From positions 1 to 31,297 of the forward strand of contig DATAMA010000051.1 in assembly GCA_036260765.1 (NCBI GenBank): a stretch of 31,297 nucleotides of DNA, given 5' to 3'. Positions 1 through 8,335 of the stretch are shown here, piece by piece. A program made the position numbers and the translations under genes. The notes beneath the pieces were generated by a model, which saw only the letters and a list, made by a program, of their open reading frames with translations, made no database searches and was not told the DNA's origin. Source of the DNA: Desulfobacteria bacterium. Its GTDB lineage: Bacteria > Bacillota > Desulfitobacteriia > Desulfitobacteriales > JAJXUE01. The first letter of the stretch is position 1. Each line of letters starts with the position of its first letter.

Positions 1-1
1 T

Positions 2-190
2 CCTTTTGAGGACAAGTTACAAGCATTCCGTGTTTCTGTTTCGTGGGGTTCGGTCACAACATCTTGCCACAATACAGCCAGTATTGATGCCTTTATTGAT
101 GCCGCTGACCGCAAATTATATAATATGAAAAGGCATAAACCAAACCCACCTGTACTTAAAATTCGCAAACACACCACCCGGCCCCTGTAG
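2..190 (+). CDS. 3' end of a probable GGDEF-domain (diguanylate cyclase-like) protein, truncated by the window edge
   Basis: Frame from base 2 reads PFEDKLQAFRVSVSWGSVTTSCHNTASIDAFIDAADRKLYNMKRHKP...RPL* (TAG 188-190). The pattern 'SxSxG...L/FxxxADxxLYxxK' is the typical GGDEF C-terminal strand/helix. The GGDEF motif itself is outside the window. Confidence 0.65.
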   Translation, partial: PFEDKLQAFRVSVSWGSVTTSCHNTASIDAFIDAADRKLYNMKRHKPNPPVLKIRKHTTRPL

Positions 191-202
191 AACCATAAAA
201 AC

Positions 203-255
203 AGTACGAGGAAAAATGCGCATTGGTTCCCTCTGCGCGCGTTTTTCCTCGTACT
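203..255. terminator. Long stem-loop downstream of the GGDEF gene
   Basis: AGTACGAGGAAAAA (203-216) pairs perfectly with TTTTTCCTCGTACT (242-255); GCGC 218-221/237-240 extends the stem; no clean U-tail. Confidence 0.5.
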
Positions 256-267
256 ATCTTCCGCTGT

Positions 268-287
268 CCTTGCCAATATTGGCAAGG
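268..287. repeat. Perfect 20-bp palindrome CCTTGCCAATATTGGCAAGG
   Basis: The sequence equals its own reverse complement. Confidence 0.9.
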
Positions 288-307
288 TTATGCTTTCCGA
301 TTGTATA

Positions 308-358
308 GAAAAACAGCAGCCACACCGCACTCAAATTGAGGCGTTGTGGCTGCTGTTT
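308..358 (-). terminator. Intrinsic terminator of smc (possibly bidirectional)
   Basis: 14-bp arms AAACAGCAGCCACA (311-324) / TGTGGCTGCTGTTT (345-358) with inner pairing; U-run follows on - strand; abuts the smc stop. Confidence 0.8.
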
Positions 359-3300
359 ATTTTCCGGTTGTTCCGGTTACCGCATCCGACATTCGTACTG
401 AAAACAGTTTAGAAACACCTGCTTCCATCGTTATGCCATACAGAACATCTGCGGCGGTCATAGTCCCTTTACGGTGCGAAATCACGATAAACTGAGTCAA
501 CTCACTCAGTTCGTTTAAATAATTAGCGAATCGATCTACATTGGCCTCGTCCAAAGCGGCTTCGATTTCATCTAACACGCAAAACGGACTGGGCCGTACC
601 TGAAGCATCGCGAACAACAGGGCGATCGCGGTTAACGCCTTTTCCCCACCCGATAACAGGGAAAGGTGCTGAAGCCGTTTTCCCGGTGGTTGCGCAACAA
701 TGTCCACACCTGTTTCCAGTAAATCATCCGGATCAGATAATCTCAACTCCGCGCGCCCGCCACCGAACAATTCCTGAAAGACTGCGGCAAATCGTGTATT
801 TATGGCCTCAAATGCCGCTGCGAAGCGTTCCGCCATTATCCGGTCCATCTCAGCAATGACATTAAACAGCGATTGCTTGGCGCCTAATAAATCCTGTTGT
901 TGCGCTGATAGAAAGGAAAAGCGTTCGCTGACCCGCTCAAATTCTTCAACTGCCCCCAGGTTAACCGGTCCTAGCGCGTTAACTTCCCCTTTCAGGCGGT
1001 TAATCCCGCTTACAGTCTCCCGCCGGTTATCAACCGGTTTGCTGTGTTTTCTCGCCTCCGCTAAATCCAGACCGAGGCCTTCCTGCAGACGATTAAGCGC
1101 GGTATTTTTTTCGGTTTCCAGCCGCGCTTCCTGAACACGGGCAGAGGACAGCTTGGCTTGAAGTTCCTGTAAACGTTGTCTAAGCGCTCTTTCCGATTCC
1201 TCTTTGCCAGTAAGCACACCGGCATTGTCCTGACGCAGATCCCGACAGGCCTGAAGCTCTTGCTGGGCAGCGTTTTCCGCCTGAATCAAGGCTGTCATTT
1301 CACCCTGAAACTGTTCCACTTTCCTGCTGATGTCAGCTTTGCGTTGTTCAATCGCTTCGCACTCAGCGGCGAGGTCAGCCACGGTTAACTCAAATTCGTG
1401 TTTTTGCTGATAGTACCGCTTTAACGCTGTATCAAGGCTCTTTTCCGCTTGTTCCACAGACGCCAGCTGTACTTTCAGTTCCGTAATTGTACTTCGTGCT
1501 TGTTCCCTGGAACTACCGCGTGTTTTCAGATTCTCTTGCAGCCTTTGCAACTTCACATTGAGCTCATTGTACTCCGTTTCGCGCTGCTCCCGTTGAACCG
1601 CCAGTTCCCGTTCGCGATTCCGAACGCCGGTGAGCTCAAGCTCCACCTGTTCTGACTCCAATTCAGCCTGGGCAATCTCACCCTCAAGCCGGGAACGTTC
1701 CTGGCTTAAACCCGCTATTTTCGCCTCCTGGCCCGCCAGATCCAGTTCCCGCTTTTTCAGGCCTGCCTGAGCCTGGCTTTCCCTTGCAGCCAAAAGCTTT
1801 AGTTGCTCTAAGAACTCCGCCTCACTGGCCTGAAAACCGGCGAGTTGCTGTTGCAGGCCGCTCACCTGAGCTGCCAAAGCGGTTAATTCCCGGTTTCTGC
1901 TCAGTAAGCTGGCTGAACTGCGGTGTAAACTGCCACCCGTCAGCGAACCACCGGGGCTTAACAACTCACCGTCAAGGGTGACGATTTTTAGCCTGTACGC
2001 GCCGAGGCGGGCAACTTGACTAGCCAGTTCAAGATTTTCAACTATCAGCACCCTGCCTAATAAATACTCCAACACCGGCTGATACTTGTCAGCTGTACTG
2101 ATTAGATCCGCAGCTACGCCCAAAACACCGGCAGCCTTTAATACCCGTGGTTCGAAAGCGCGCGGCGCCGCCTGAATCGTATCAAGCGGCAGGAAAGTTG
2201 CTCGGCCTGATTTACTCCTTTTTAGCCAGGCAATGGCCTGTTTAGCGTCAGCCTCCGTCTCCATTACCAGGTTTTGCAGGCTGCCGCCGGCCGCTATTTC
2301 AATCGCTGTTTCCAGGTGATCGGGAACCTGAATAAGTTGTGCCACTGCGCCGCAAATGCCCCGTACCTTACCGCTGCTGCCAGCCTGCAGGACCTCTCTG
2401 ACACCCCGGTTGTATCCTTCAAAATCACGCTGCATATCCGTTAACACTTTATAACGGGACTTAGCCGCTTGCATCCGTTCCAACACTTGCTGATGTTCCT
2501 GCTGCAAACGTTGGCGGTTTGTCTCCAGCGACTGACGCTCCTGGCTGAAAGCGGCCAGTTTCTCACTTAATCCGGCAATATCACTCTTAGCTGTAACATT
2601 GTTTTCATTTGTAGCGGCATACTCGGTGTTAACTTGTGCCAGCGCACAATTTTTGGCCTCAGCTTGCTCCTTAAGTGTAGTCTGCCGGTATTGTAAACCC
2701 GCAGCCTGCTGTTGCAACGCGGCCAATTCATTGTTTAGCTTTGCTGACTCCGATAACACTTCAAACACCGCTGACTTGGCGTTTTCCACAAGCTGCTCCG
2801 CACTGCCTAGTTCTGTACTGGAAGCGTCAAAGTTTTGCTGTGCTTCCGCTAGCTTAGCCTCCAACCCCTGCCGCTGTTGCCGCAGTGCCAGCAGCTTTGT
2901 TTCTTCCGCGGCATACTCGTGGTGCAGAACCTCCGCCTTTTGTTTGATTTCCTCAGTTTCAGCCGCAAGCCGTGTTTTTTGTTCGGTTAACCCGGTATCG
3001 CGTTCCAACCCAAGCTTTTTCTCCGCTTCCGCGGCTTGAATTTGGCTGGCTAATTCGTGGCAATGCGTCTGCTGCTGAAAAATTTGCTCATCCAAACCTT
3101 GTACTGCCAGCTTTAATTTGGCAATCTCAGCCTCCTCAACCCGCAGGTGGGTTTCGTGACTCATTATCTCATTTTCAACTGTTTTAATCTGCTGCCGGTA
3201 ACCCGTAAGTTTACCGTCTAATTCTCCAAGATCAAATACGGCCAGGTTCAGTTCCTGTTCATCAAGCGCCTGTTTTAAGTCCAGGTAACGGCGCGCTGTT

Positions 3301-3929
3301 TCCGCCTGCTCTTGCAGCGGTCCGGTTTGGGCAGCCAATTCCGTAATGATATCAGCTAACCGCAACAGATTCTGTTCTGTATCCTCCAGTTTTCGGGTAG
3401 CTTCCCGTTTACGATTACGATATTTTATAATACCCGCTGCCTCTTCAATGATCGAGCGTCGTTCTTCCGGCTTGGCGGAAAAAATCTCCTCCACCCGGCC
3501 CTGGCCAATAATTGAAAAACCTTCTCTGCCGATACCTGTATCCATAAATAGTTCATGGATATCCTTCAGGCGGCAGGGGGTTTTATTAATCAGGTATTCC
3601 CCTTCCCCATCCCGGTAGACCCGGCGGGTTACGGCGATTTCCGCGTAATCCAGGGGAAACATTCCCGTGGAATTGTCCAGAATCAAGGACACTTCGGCCA
3701 TCCCAATTGGACGCCGTTTAACACTGCCGGCAAAAATAACGTCTTCCATTTTAGCGCCACGCAAGGACTTTACGCTCTGCTCGCCAAGAACCCAGCGAAT
3801 CGCATCGGTAATGTTGCTCTTCCCGGAACCGTTAGGTCCGACAACAACGCTTAATCCGTGATCAAAATCAAGCGTAACCTTTTCTGCGAAAGACTTGAAG
3901 CCATGGATAGTCAGACCTTTTAAAATCAA
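357..3929 (-). CDS. smc: Chromosome segregation protein SMC
   Basis: Walker A GPNGSGKS, long coiled coils, hinge, LSGGE signature, VLDE Walker B. Start moved from 4022 to TTG at 3929 (MILKGLTIHGFKSF), preceded by GGAGGG. Confidence 0.97.
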   Translation of the reverse strand: MILKGLTIHGFKSFAEKVTLDFDHGLSVVVGPNGSGKSNITDAIRWVLGEQSVKSLRGAKMEDVIFAGSVKRRPIGMAEVSLILDNSTGMFPLDYAEIAVTRRVYRDGEGEYLINKTPCRLKDIHELFMDTGIGREGFSIIGQGRVEEIFSAKPEERRSIIEEAAGIIKYRNRKREATRKLEDTEQNLLRLADIITELAAQTGPLQEQAETARRYLDLKQALDEQELNLAVFDLGELDGKLTGYRQQIKTVENEIMSHETHLRVEEAEIAKLKLAVQGLDEQIFQQQTHCHELASQIQAAEAEKKLGLERDTGLTEQKTRLAAETEEIKQKAEVLHHEYAAEETKLLALRQQRQGLEAKLAEAQQNFDASSTELGSAEQLVENAKSAVFEVLSESAKLNNELAALQQQAAGLQYRQTTLKEQAEAKNCALAQVNTEYAATNENNVTAKSDIAGLSEKLAAFSQERQSLETNRQRLQQEHQQVLERMQAAKSRYKVLTDMQRDFEGYNRGVREVLQAGSSGKVRGICGAVAQLIQVPDHLETAIEIAAGGSLQNLVMETEADAKQAIAWLKRSKSGRATFLPLDTIQAAPRAFEPRVLKAAGVLGVAADLISTADKYQPVLEYLLGRVLIVENLELASQVARLGAYRLKIVTLDGELLSPGGSLTGGSLHRSSASLLSRNRELTALAAQVSGLQQQLAGFQASEAEFLEQLKLLAARESQAQAGLKKRELDLAGQEAKIAGLSQERSRLEGEIAQAELESEQVELELTGVRNRERELAVQREQRETEYNELNVKLQRLQENLKTRGSSREQARSTITELKVQLASVEQAEKSLDTALKRYYQQKHEFELTVADLAAECEAIEQRKADISRKVEQFQGEMTALIQAENAAQQELQACRDLRQDNAGVLTGKEESERALRQRLQELQAKLSSARVQEARLETEKNTALNRLQEGLGLDLAEARKHSKPVDNRRETVSGINRLKGEVNALGPVNLGAVEEFERVSERFSFLSAQQQDLLGAKQSLFNVIAEMDRIMAERFAAAFEAINTRFAAVFQELFGGGRAELRLSDPDDLLETGVDIVAQPPGKRLQHLSLLSGGEKALTAIALLFAMLQVRPSPFCVLDEIEAALDEANVDRFANYLNELSELTQFIVISHRKGTMTAADVLYGITMEAGVSKLFSVRMSDAVTGTTGK

Positions 3930-3972
3930 AAATGGTCCCTCCAACTTTACAGCAATTAACCAAAACAAAAAT

Positions 3973-3999
3973 CCCACTTTAGATTCGCCGTAAAGTGGG
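3973..3999 (-). terminator. Terminator-like hairpin overlapping the radical SAM stop codon, just upstream of smc
   Basis: 9-bp stem CCCACTTTA/TAAAGTGGG, followed on - strand by ATTTTTGTTTTG. Confidence 0.55.
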
Positions 4000-4998
4000 A
4001 AATTCCTGTTTAATGTAGACATCGCCCCTGGCGATATTTAGCGCCGGTAGAACCTGGATTTTATCGAAACCGTATTTACCCTTCAGTTGATCAACGTTCG
4101 CGTTACGCAGGCCGCGGACACTGGAGATATCGCGTGGATGGCAATAAATAATCAAGTTCCCGGTTTTTTCCGGTAAAGCTTGTTCAATTTTCGTCAGCAT
4201 GAGAGCCGCATCTACCAAGGCCCTGAACGCTGGGTGATACGGTCCGGCTAAAACACTCTCGGTCAACTCAGACGATGGCTGCAACCCCATGCGGATGATC
4301 GGGATATCCGCAGCTGCAAACAGTGTCACGGCGTCCTTGCACCAGTCAACCGCTTCCTGCAACCCGAGTGCCCGGTAATTACCTTCTATCCACATTTCAG
4401 CTAACCGCGTACCTTTAATCACAACGGTTGGATAAACCCTGACCAAAGTTGGTCGGAGCTTAATCGTCCGCTCAACAGTACGCAAAAATTTACTCTTTGT
4501 ATCACCAGGCAGTCCGGGCATCAATTGAATACCAACGGCCAAGGCAGATTGTTTGAGGCGGTGCACTGCCTCCTCGACAACCGCCGGATCATAAGCACGT
4601 CCGGAATGCTGTAGTACCTCTCGGTCAAGCGACTGAACCCCAAGTTCTACGGTCTCCACGTTGTAATCCTTTAATAACTGCAGAGATTCAGCGTAGATCC
4701 AGGCTGGGTGAGTTGACAAACGAATCGAATCGATCCTGCCGGATGCGAGAAAGGGCCGAACTTGTTCAAGCAACTGTTCTTGCCTTGCCAACGGTAAAGC
4801 AGTAAAAGTCCCACCATAAAATGCCACCTCAACCGGGTGAGCACCTGGCGGGACTTTTGTCAACGCGTGATCAATAATCTGGCCAATATCCGTCGGACCT
4901 GTTTTAGCGGCAATTGTTCGTTGATCACAGTACACGCAATGATAGGGGCAACCCCAATGTGGCAGAAAGATAGGAATAATGTGGTGGCGTGCAGCCAT
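3979..4998 (-). CDS. Radical SAM protein, Elp3-like family without the acetyltransferase domain
   Basis: CxxxCxxC (CPYHCVYC), FYGGTFT, RLSTHP, ELGVQS, QLMPGLPGD motifs; 339 aa; ATG overlaps the rnc TAA by 1 nt. Confidence 0.85.
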   Translation of the reverse strand: MAARHHIIPIFLPHWGCPYHCVYCDQRTIAAKTGPTDIGQIIDHALTKVPPGAHPVEVAFYGGTFTALPLARQEQLLEQVRPFLASGRIDSIRLSTHPAWIYAESLQLLKDYNVETVELGVQSLDREVLQHSGRAYDPAVVEEAVHRLKQSALAVGIQLMPGLPGDTKSKFLRTVERTIKLRPTLVRVYPTVVIKGTRLAEMWIEGNYRALGLQEAVDWCKDAVTLFAAADIPIIRMGLQPSSELTESVLAGPYHPAFRALVDAALMLTKIEQALPEKTGNLIIYCHPRDISSVRGLRNANVDQLKGKYGFDKIQVLPALNIARGDVYIKQEFPTLRRI

Positions 4999-5705
4999 TA
5001 ATGTTTATGTTCCTTCCAATTATTAAGGACTGCATGGGCGGCAGCTTGCTCCGCTTCCTTTTTCGTTCGTCCTTCCCCTTTAGCCAACAATTGGCCTTTG
5101 AGAAAGACTCCGGAGATAAACCGTTTATTATGATCCGGTCCCGACTCAGCCAAAATTTGATAACTGACCTGGCCTTCCTTTTTTTGTACCTTCTCTTGCA
5201 ACATTGTTTTATAGTCCCCGTAATCGCCATGGGCAAGTTGATCAATTTCCGGTTTAAGCTGCGCGATCACAAATTTCTGAGTAGACTCCAACCCCTCAGT
5301 AAGGTAAATCGCACCGATCAACGACTCGAACGCATCAGCAAGAATTGATGGGCGTTCCCGGCTGCCGGAAAGCTCCTCACCCTTGCCCAATAACAAGTAT
5401 TGGCCAAGGCCGATACCTTTCGCCCGTCTGGCCAGAGTGTGTTCGTTCACGACTGCGGCCCGCATCTTGGTTAACTCTCCTTCCGGTCTCCCTCGGAAAG
5501 TATCATAAAGATATTCGGCGATGATAAAGCCAAGAATGGCATCACCCAAAAATTCGAGGCGCTGATTGTGTTCTTTGGCTTTGGAGGGATTTTCAAAGGC
5601 ATAGGAAGGATGAGTTAGCGCGACATCTAAAGTGTTTCCAGGACACACCTTGACATCAAGAGCGTTAACAAGTTCCGTTAGTTTACTAACGCGTTGTTCA
5701 TCCAT
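4998..5705 (-). CDS. rnc: Ribonuclease III
   Basis: ALTHPSY, NQRLEFLGDAIL signature, DAFESLIGAIYL, C-terminal dsRBD (GPDHNKRF, GRTKKEAEQ). Confidence 0.97.
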   Translation of the reverse strand: MDEQRVSKLTELVNALDVKVCPGNTLDVALTHPSYAFENPSKAKEHNQRLEFLGDAILGFIIAEYLYDTFRGRPEGELTKMRAAVVNEHTLARRAKGIGLGQYLLLGKGEELSGSRERPSILADAFESLIGAIYLTEGLESTQKFVIAQLKPEIDQLAHGDYGDYKTMLQEKVQKKEGQVSYQILAESGPDHNKRFISGVFLKGQLLAKGEGRTKKEAEQAAAHAVLNNWKEHKH

Positions 5706-5719
5706 CCGACTTCTCTCCT

Positions 5720-6958
5720 TTAGCGATATTTTTTAAGCACCACTGTAGCGTTATGTCCACCAAAGCCTAAGGAATTGGACATTGTGGCAGTCACTGTCAT
5801 CTTGCGAGCCTCATTTGGCACATAATCCAAATCACAGTCCGGATCTGGATTTTCTAGGTTTATCGTCGGCGGCGCAATCTGATCCTGGATTGCTTTTGCA
5901 CAGATAGCGACTTCCAACGCCCCGGCTGCACCCATGAGGTGACCTGTCATCGACTTAGTTGAACTGGTCGCTACTTTCTTGGCCAAGTCACCAAAAACAG
6001 TCTTGATTGCCGCAGTTTCACAGGCATCATTCGGCCCCGTGGAAGTGCCGTGCGCATTAATATAACTGATATCTGCCGCGGTAAGTCCGGCGTCGCTGAT
6101 CGCATTGGCCATAGCCCGCGCTGCGCCTGCCCCCCCCGGTACCGGTGCAGTAATATGGTGGGCATCACAAGTGGAACCATATCCCGCCACTTCCGCATAA
6201 ATTTCAGCGTTCCGGGCTAACGCATGTTCCAGGGTTTCCAACACCAAAACTGTCGAGCCCTCAGCCATAATAAACCCATCCCGGTCACGGTCAAACGGTC
6301 GGCTCGCTCTCGTTGGCTCATCGTTGCGCGTTGACATTGCTTTTAGGGAACAAAACCCGGCAAAAGCCAGTGGCGTTAACGGAGCTTCCGTACCACCCGC
6401 TAAAATAACGTCAACATCACCGTGTTGCAGTAAGCGCAAAGCCTGGCCTACGGCATCGGTTGAGGAAGCGCACGCGGTCGCTACGGTATGGCTCGGCCCC
6501 TGTAAGCCAAACGTGATGGAGATGCGGCCTGCGCCCATATTACTGATCAGCATTGGCACAAAGAACGGGCTGACTCTTCCCGGCCCACGGTGCATCATCA
6601 TTTCTTTTTGTTCTTCAAATGTCGTTACGCCGCCAATACCACAACCAAGGACAACGCCAATACGTTCACGGTCCTCTTGTTCGAAATTCAGTTTTGCATC
6701 TTCAACCGCCAATTTTGCCCCGGCAACTGCGAATTGCGAGAAGCGGTCCATGCGGCGCATTTCTTTTTTATCGATAAATTGGATTGGGTCAAAATCATTG
6801 ATTTCTCCGGCAATTTTTGTTGGCATATCAGAAACGTCAAACCTGGTAACCGGCCCGATGCCAGATCTCCCCTGTATAATGTTGTCCCATACCAAATCTT
6901 TGCCTATCCCAACGGGTGATATAATCCCGATCCCGGTAATCACAACGCGTTTAGTCAT
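5720..6958 (-). CDS. fabF: 3-oxoacyl-ACP synthase II
   Basis: RVVITGIG start, Cys-His-His catalytic set (ATACASS, NAHGTST, GHLMGAAG), SNSLGFGGHN. Confidence 0.97.
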   Translation of the reverse strand: MTKRVVITGIGIISPVGIGKDLVWDNIIQGRSGIGPVTRFDVSDMPTKIAGEINDFDPIQFIDKKEMRRMDRFSQFAVAGAKLAVEDAKLNFEQEDRERIGVVLGCGIGGVTTFEEQKEMMMHRGPGRVSPFFVPMLISNMGAGRISITFGLQGPSHTVATACASSTDAVGQALRLLQHGDVDVILAGGTEAPLTPLAFAGFCSLKAMSTRNDEPTRASRPFDRDRDGFIMAEGSTVLVLETLEHALARNAEIYAEVAGYGSTCDAHHITAPVPGGAGAARAMANAISDAGLTAADISYINAHGTSTGPNDACETAAIKTVFGDLAKKVATSSTKSMTGHLMGAAGALEVAICAKAIQDQIAPPTINLENPDPDCDLDYVPNEARKMTVTATMSNSLGFGGHNATVVLKKYR

Positions 6959-6959
6959 G

Positions 6960-7934
6960 CTACACCCCTCTAGGTTGTTTAATTTGCTCTACTTCCTGCA
7001 GCAGGTTTTCAAAAATCTTCTTTACGGACAGGACTTCGGTAATCTTCCGTACCCGTTCACCCGAAAAGACCAGTCCGTGGGTGATGTTCCCTTGTTGAGC
7101 GTTGTTCAATGCTTCCATGACACAGAAGTTATGCGCACAGTGTTTAAGGCAACCTGAGCATTTTTGCGGCCGCAAGTCTTCACCGGTAAGCAGCCGTTCG
7201 GAAAACTCATTTCGAATGCCGCGCCCCGGTAACCCGACCGGACTTTTCACCAGCACTACATCCTTATCCCCGGCCTTAACCAGATAGTCCTTAAAGGCTT
7301 GAGCAGCGCTGCACTCCTTGCTGGCTGCAAATCTTGTACCCATCTGCACCCCATCTGCGCCCAGGCCAAACACCTCAGCAATATCAGTTCCGTCAACCAC
7401 TCCGCCGGCGCCAACCACCGGAATGTTCACTACCTGCTTAACCTCCGGTAATATCTTACGCATTGATTCCTGGGTGCCAAGATGGCCACCCGCTTCTTTT
7501 CCTTCAACAATTACTGCGGCAGCGCCGAGTTTTTCGGACAATCGTGCCAGCTTGGCTGAAGAAACGATCGGCACGACCGGAATACCCGCTTCACGGCCCC
7601 AGGTGAACATGTCCCGGGAAAATCCGGCACCAGAAACAATTAGATCGATTTTCTCTTCAATCGCTGTTTTAACTAACTCGGCAAACTCACGTACCGCAAA
7701 CATAACGTTGACACCGATGATTCCATTACTCAATTGCCGGGCCTTGCGAATTTCGGCCTTTAGTTCCTGTAGCGATAAACCGGTGCCGGCAATCAGTCCA
7801 ATTCCACCTTCATTGGCCACGGCGGCAGCGAGAGGAGCCAGGGAGAGACGAACGGCCATACCGCCCTGAATAATCGGGACTCTAGCCAACAGGTTTCCGA
7901 TCCTCAGCTCTGGTAATTTCAAATGTTTTCCCAT
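6960..7934 (-). CDS. FMN-dependent nitronate-monooxygenase/FabK superfamily protein with C-terminal 4-Cys cluster (FabX/UfaA-like)
   Basis: PIIQGGM, EGKEAGGH, AGG, GVQMGTRF motifs; KSPVGLPGRGI and C-x2-C-x3-C-x4-C (7122-7160), absent from the adjacent fabK. Start may be ATG 7934 or TTG 7922. Confidence 0.8.
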   Translation of the reverse strand: MGKHLKLPELRIGNLLARVPIIQGGMAVRLSLAPLAAAVANEGGIGLIAGTGLSLQELKAEIRKARQLSNGIIGVNVMFAVREFAELVKTAIEEKIDLIVSGAGFSRDMFTWGREAGIPVVPIVSSAKLARLSEKLGAAAVIVEGKEAGGHLGTQESMRKILPEVKQVVNIPVVGAGGVVDGTDIAEVFGLGADGVQMGTRFAASKECSAAQAFKDYLVKAGDKDVVLVKSPVGLPGRGIRNEFSERLLTGEDLRPQKCSGCLKHCAHNFCVMEALNNAQQGNITHGLVFSGERVRKITEVLSVKKIFENLLQEVEQIKQPRGV

Positions 7935-8029
7935 CCTTACTCTTTTTACTGTTTCCGTAATTTGTATAATTTCTATCTTGTATCGATGCGATTAGTCAGA
8001 CTACAGGCTAAAACGTACCGAAGCTTATT

Positions 8030-8061
8030 AAAGAAAGGTCCCGCAGTCATCACTACGGGAC
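8030..8061 (-). terminator. Intrinsic terminator after acpP
   Basis: GTCCCGTAGT-GATG-ACTGCGGGAC followed by CTTTCTTT on - strand. Confidence 0.75.
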
Positions 8062-8072
8062 TTCCGGGTGTG

Positions 8073-8300
8073 CTACTGATTTTCTTTGATGTAATTAACC
8101 GCATCGCCCACGGTTCGAATCTTTTCAGCATCCTCATCGGGAATATCTAAATCAAACTCTTCCTCCAGGGCCATAATCAATTCTACAATATCTAAAGAGT
8201 CCGCGTTTAACTCCTCAAAAGAGGTCTCCAAGGTAACGTCCTCTTCTTCAACCCCTAGCTGGTCGATAATGATGCTTTTTACTTTGTCATCAACTGACAT
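8073..8300 (-). CDS. acpP: Acyl carrier protein
   Basis: 75 aa, acidic, phosphopantetheine site ADSLD; RBS AGGAGGTG. Confidence 0.97.
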   Translation of the reverse strand: MSVDDKVKSIIIDQLGVEEEDVTLETSFEELNADSLDIVELIMALEEEFDLDIPDEDAEKIRTVGDAVNYIKENQ

Positions 8301-8335
8301 GCTGTTGTCTTCACCTCCTTCCGAAACTAACTACG

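Noticed and set aside
802-3861. Several + strand ORFs of 64-146 aa inside smc
   Set aside because: Antisense shadows of a coiled-coil gene; Ser/Ala-rich, with no motifs.
3930-4022. 31-aa N-terminal extension of SMC in the ORF track
   Set aside because: It overlaps the radical SAM gene; TTG 3929 has a GGAGGG RBS and gives the canonical SMC start.
4925-5348. 106-aa (-) and 119-aa (+) ORFs over the rnc/radical SAM junction
   Set aside because: Alternative frames of rnc; no recognisable features.
6324-7869. Long + strand ORFs (277 and 183 aa) opposite fabF and the FabX-like gene
   Set aside because: Codon-register antisense shadows; no RBS or motifs noted.
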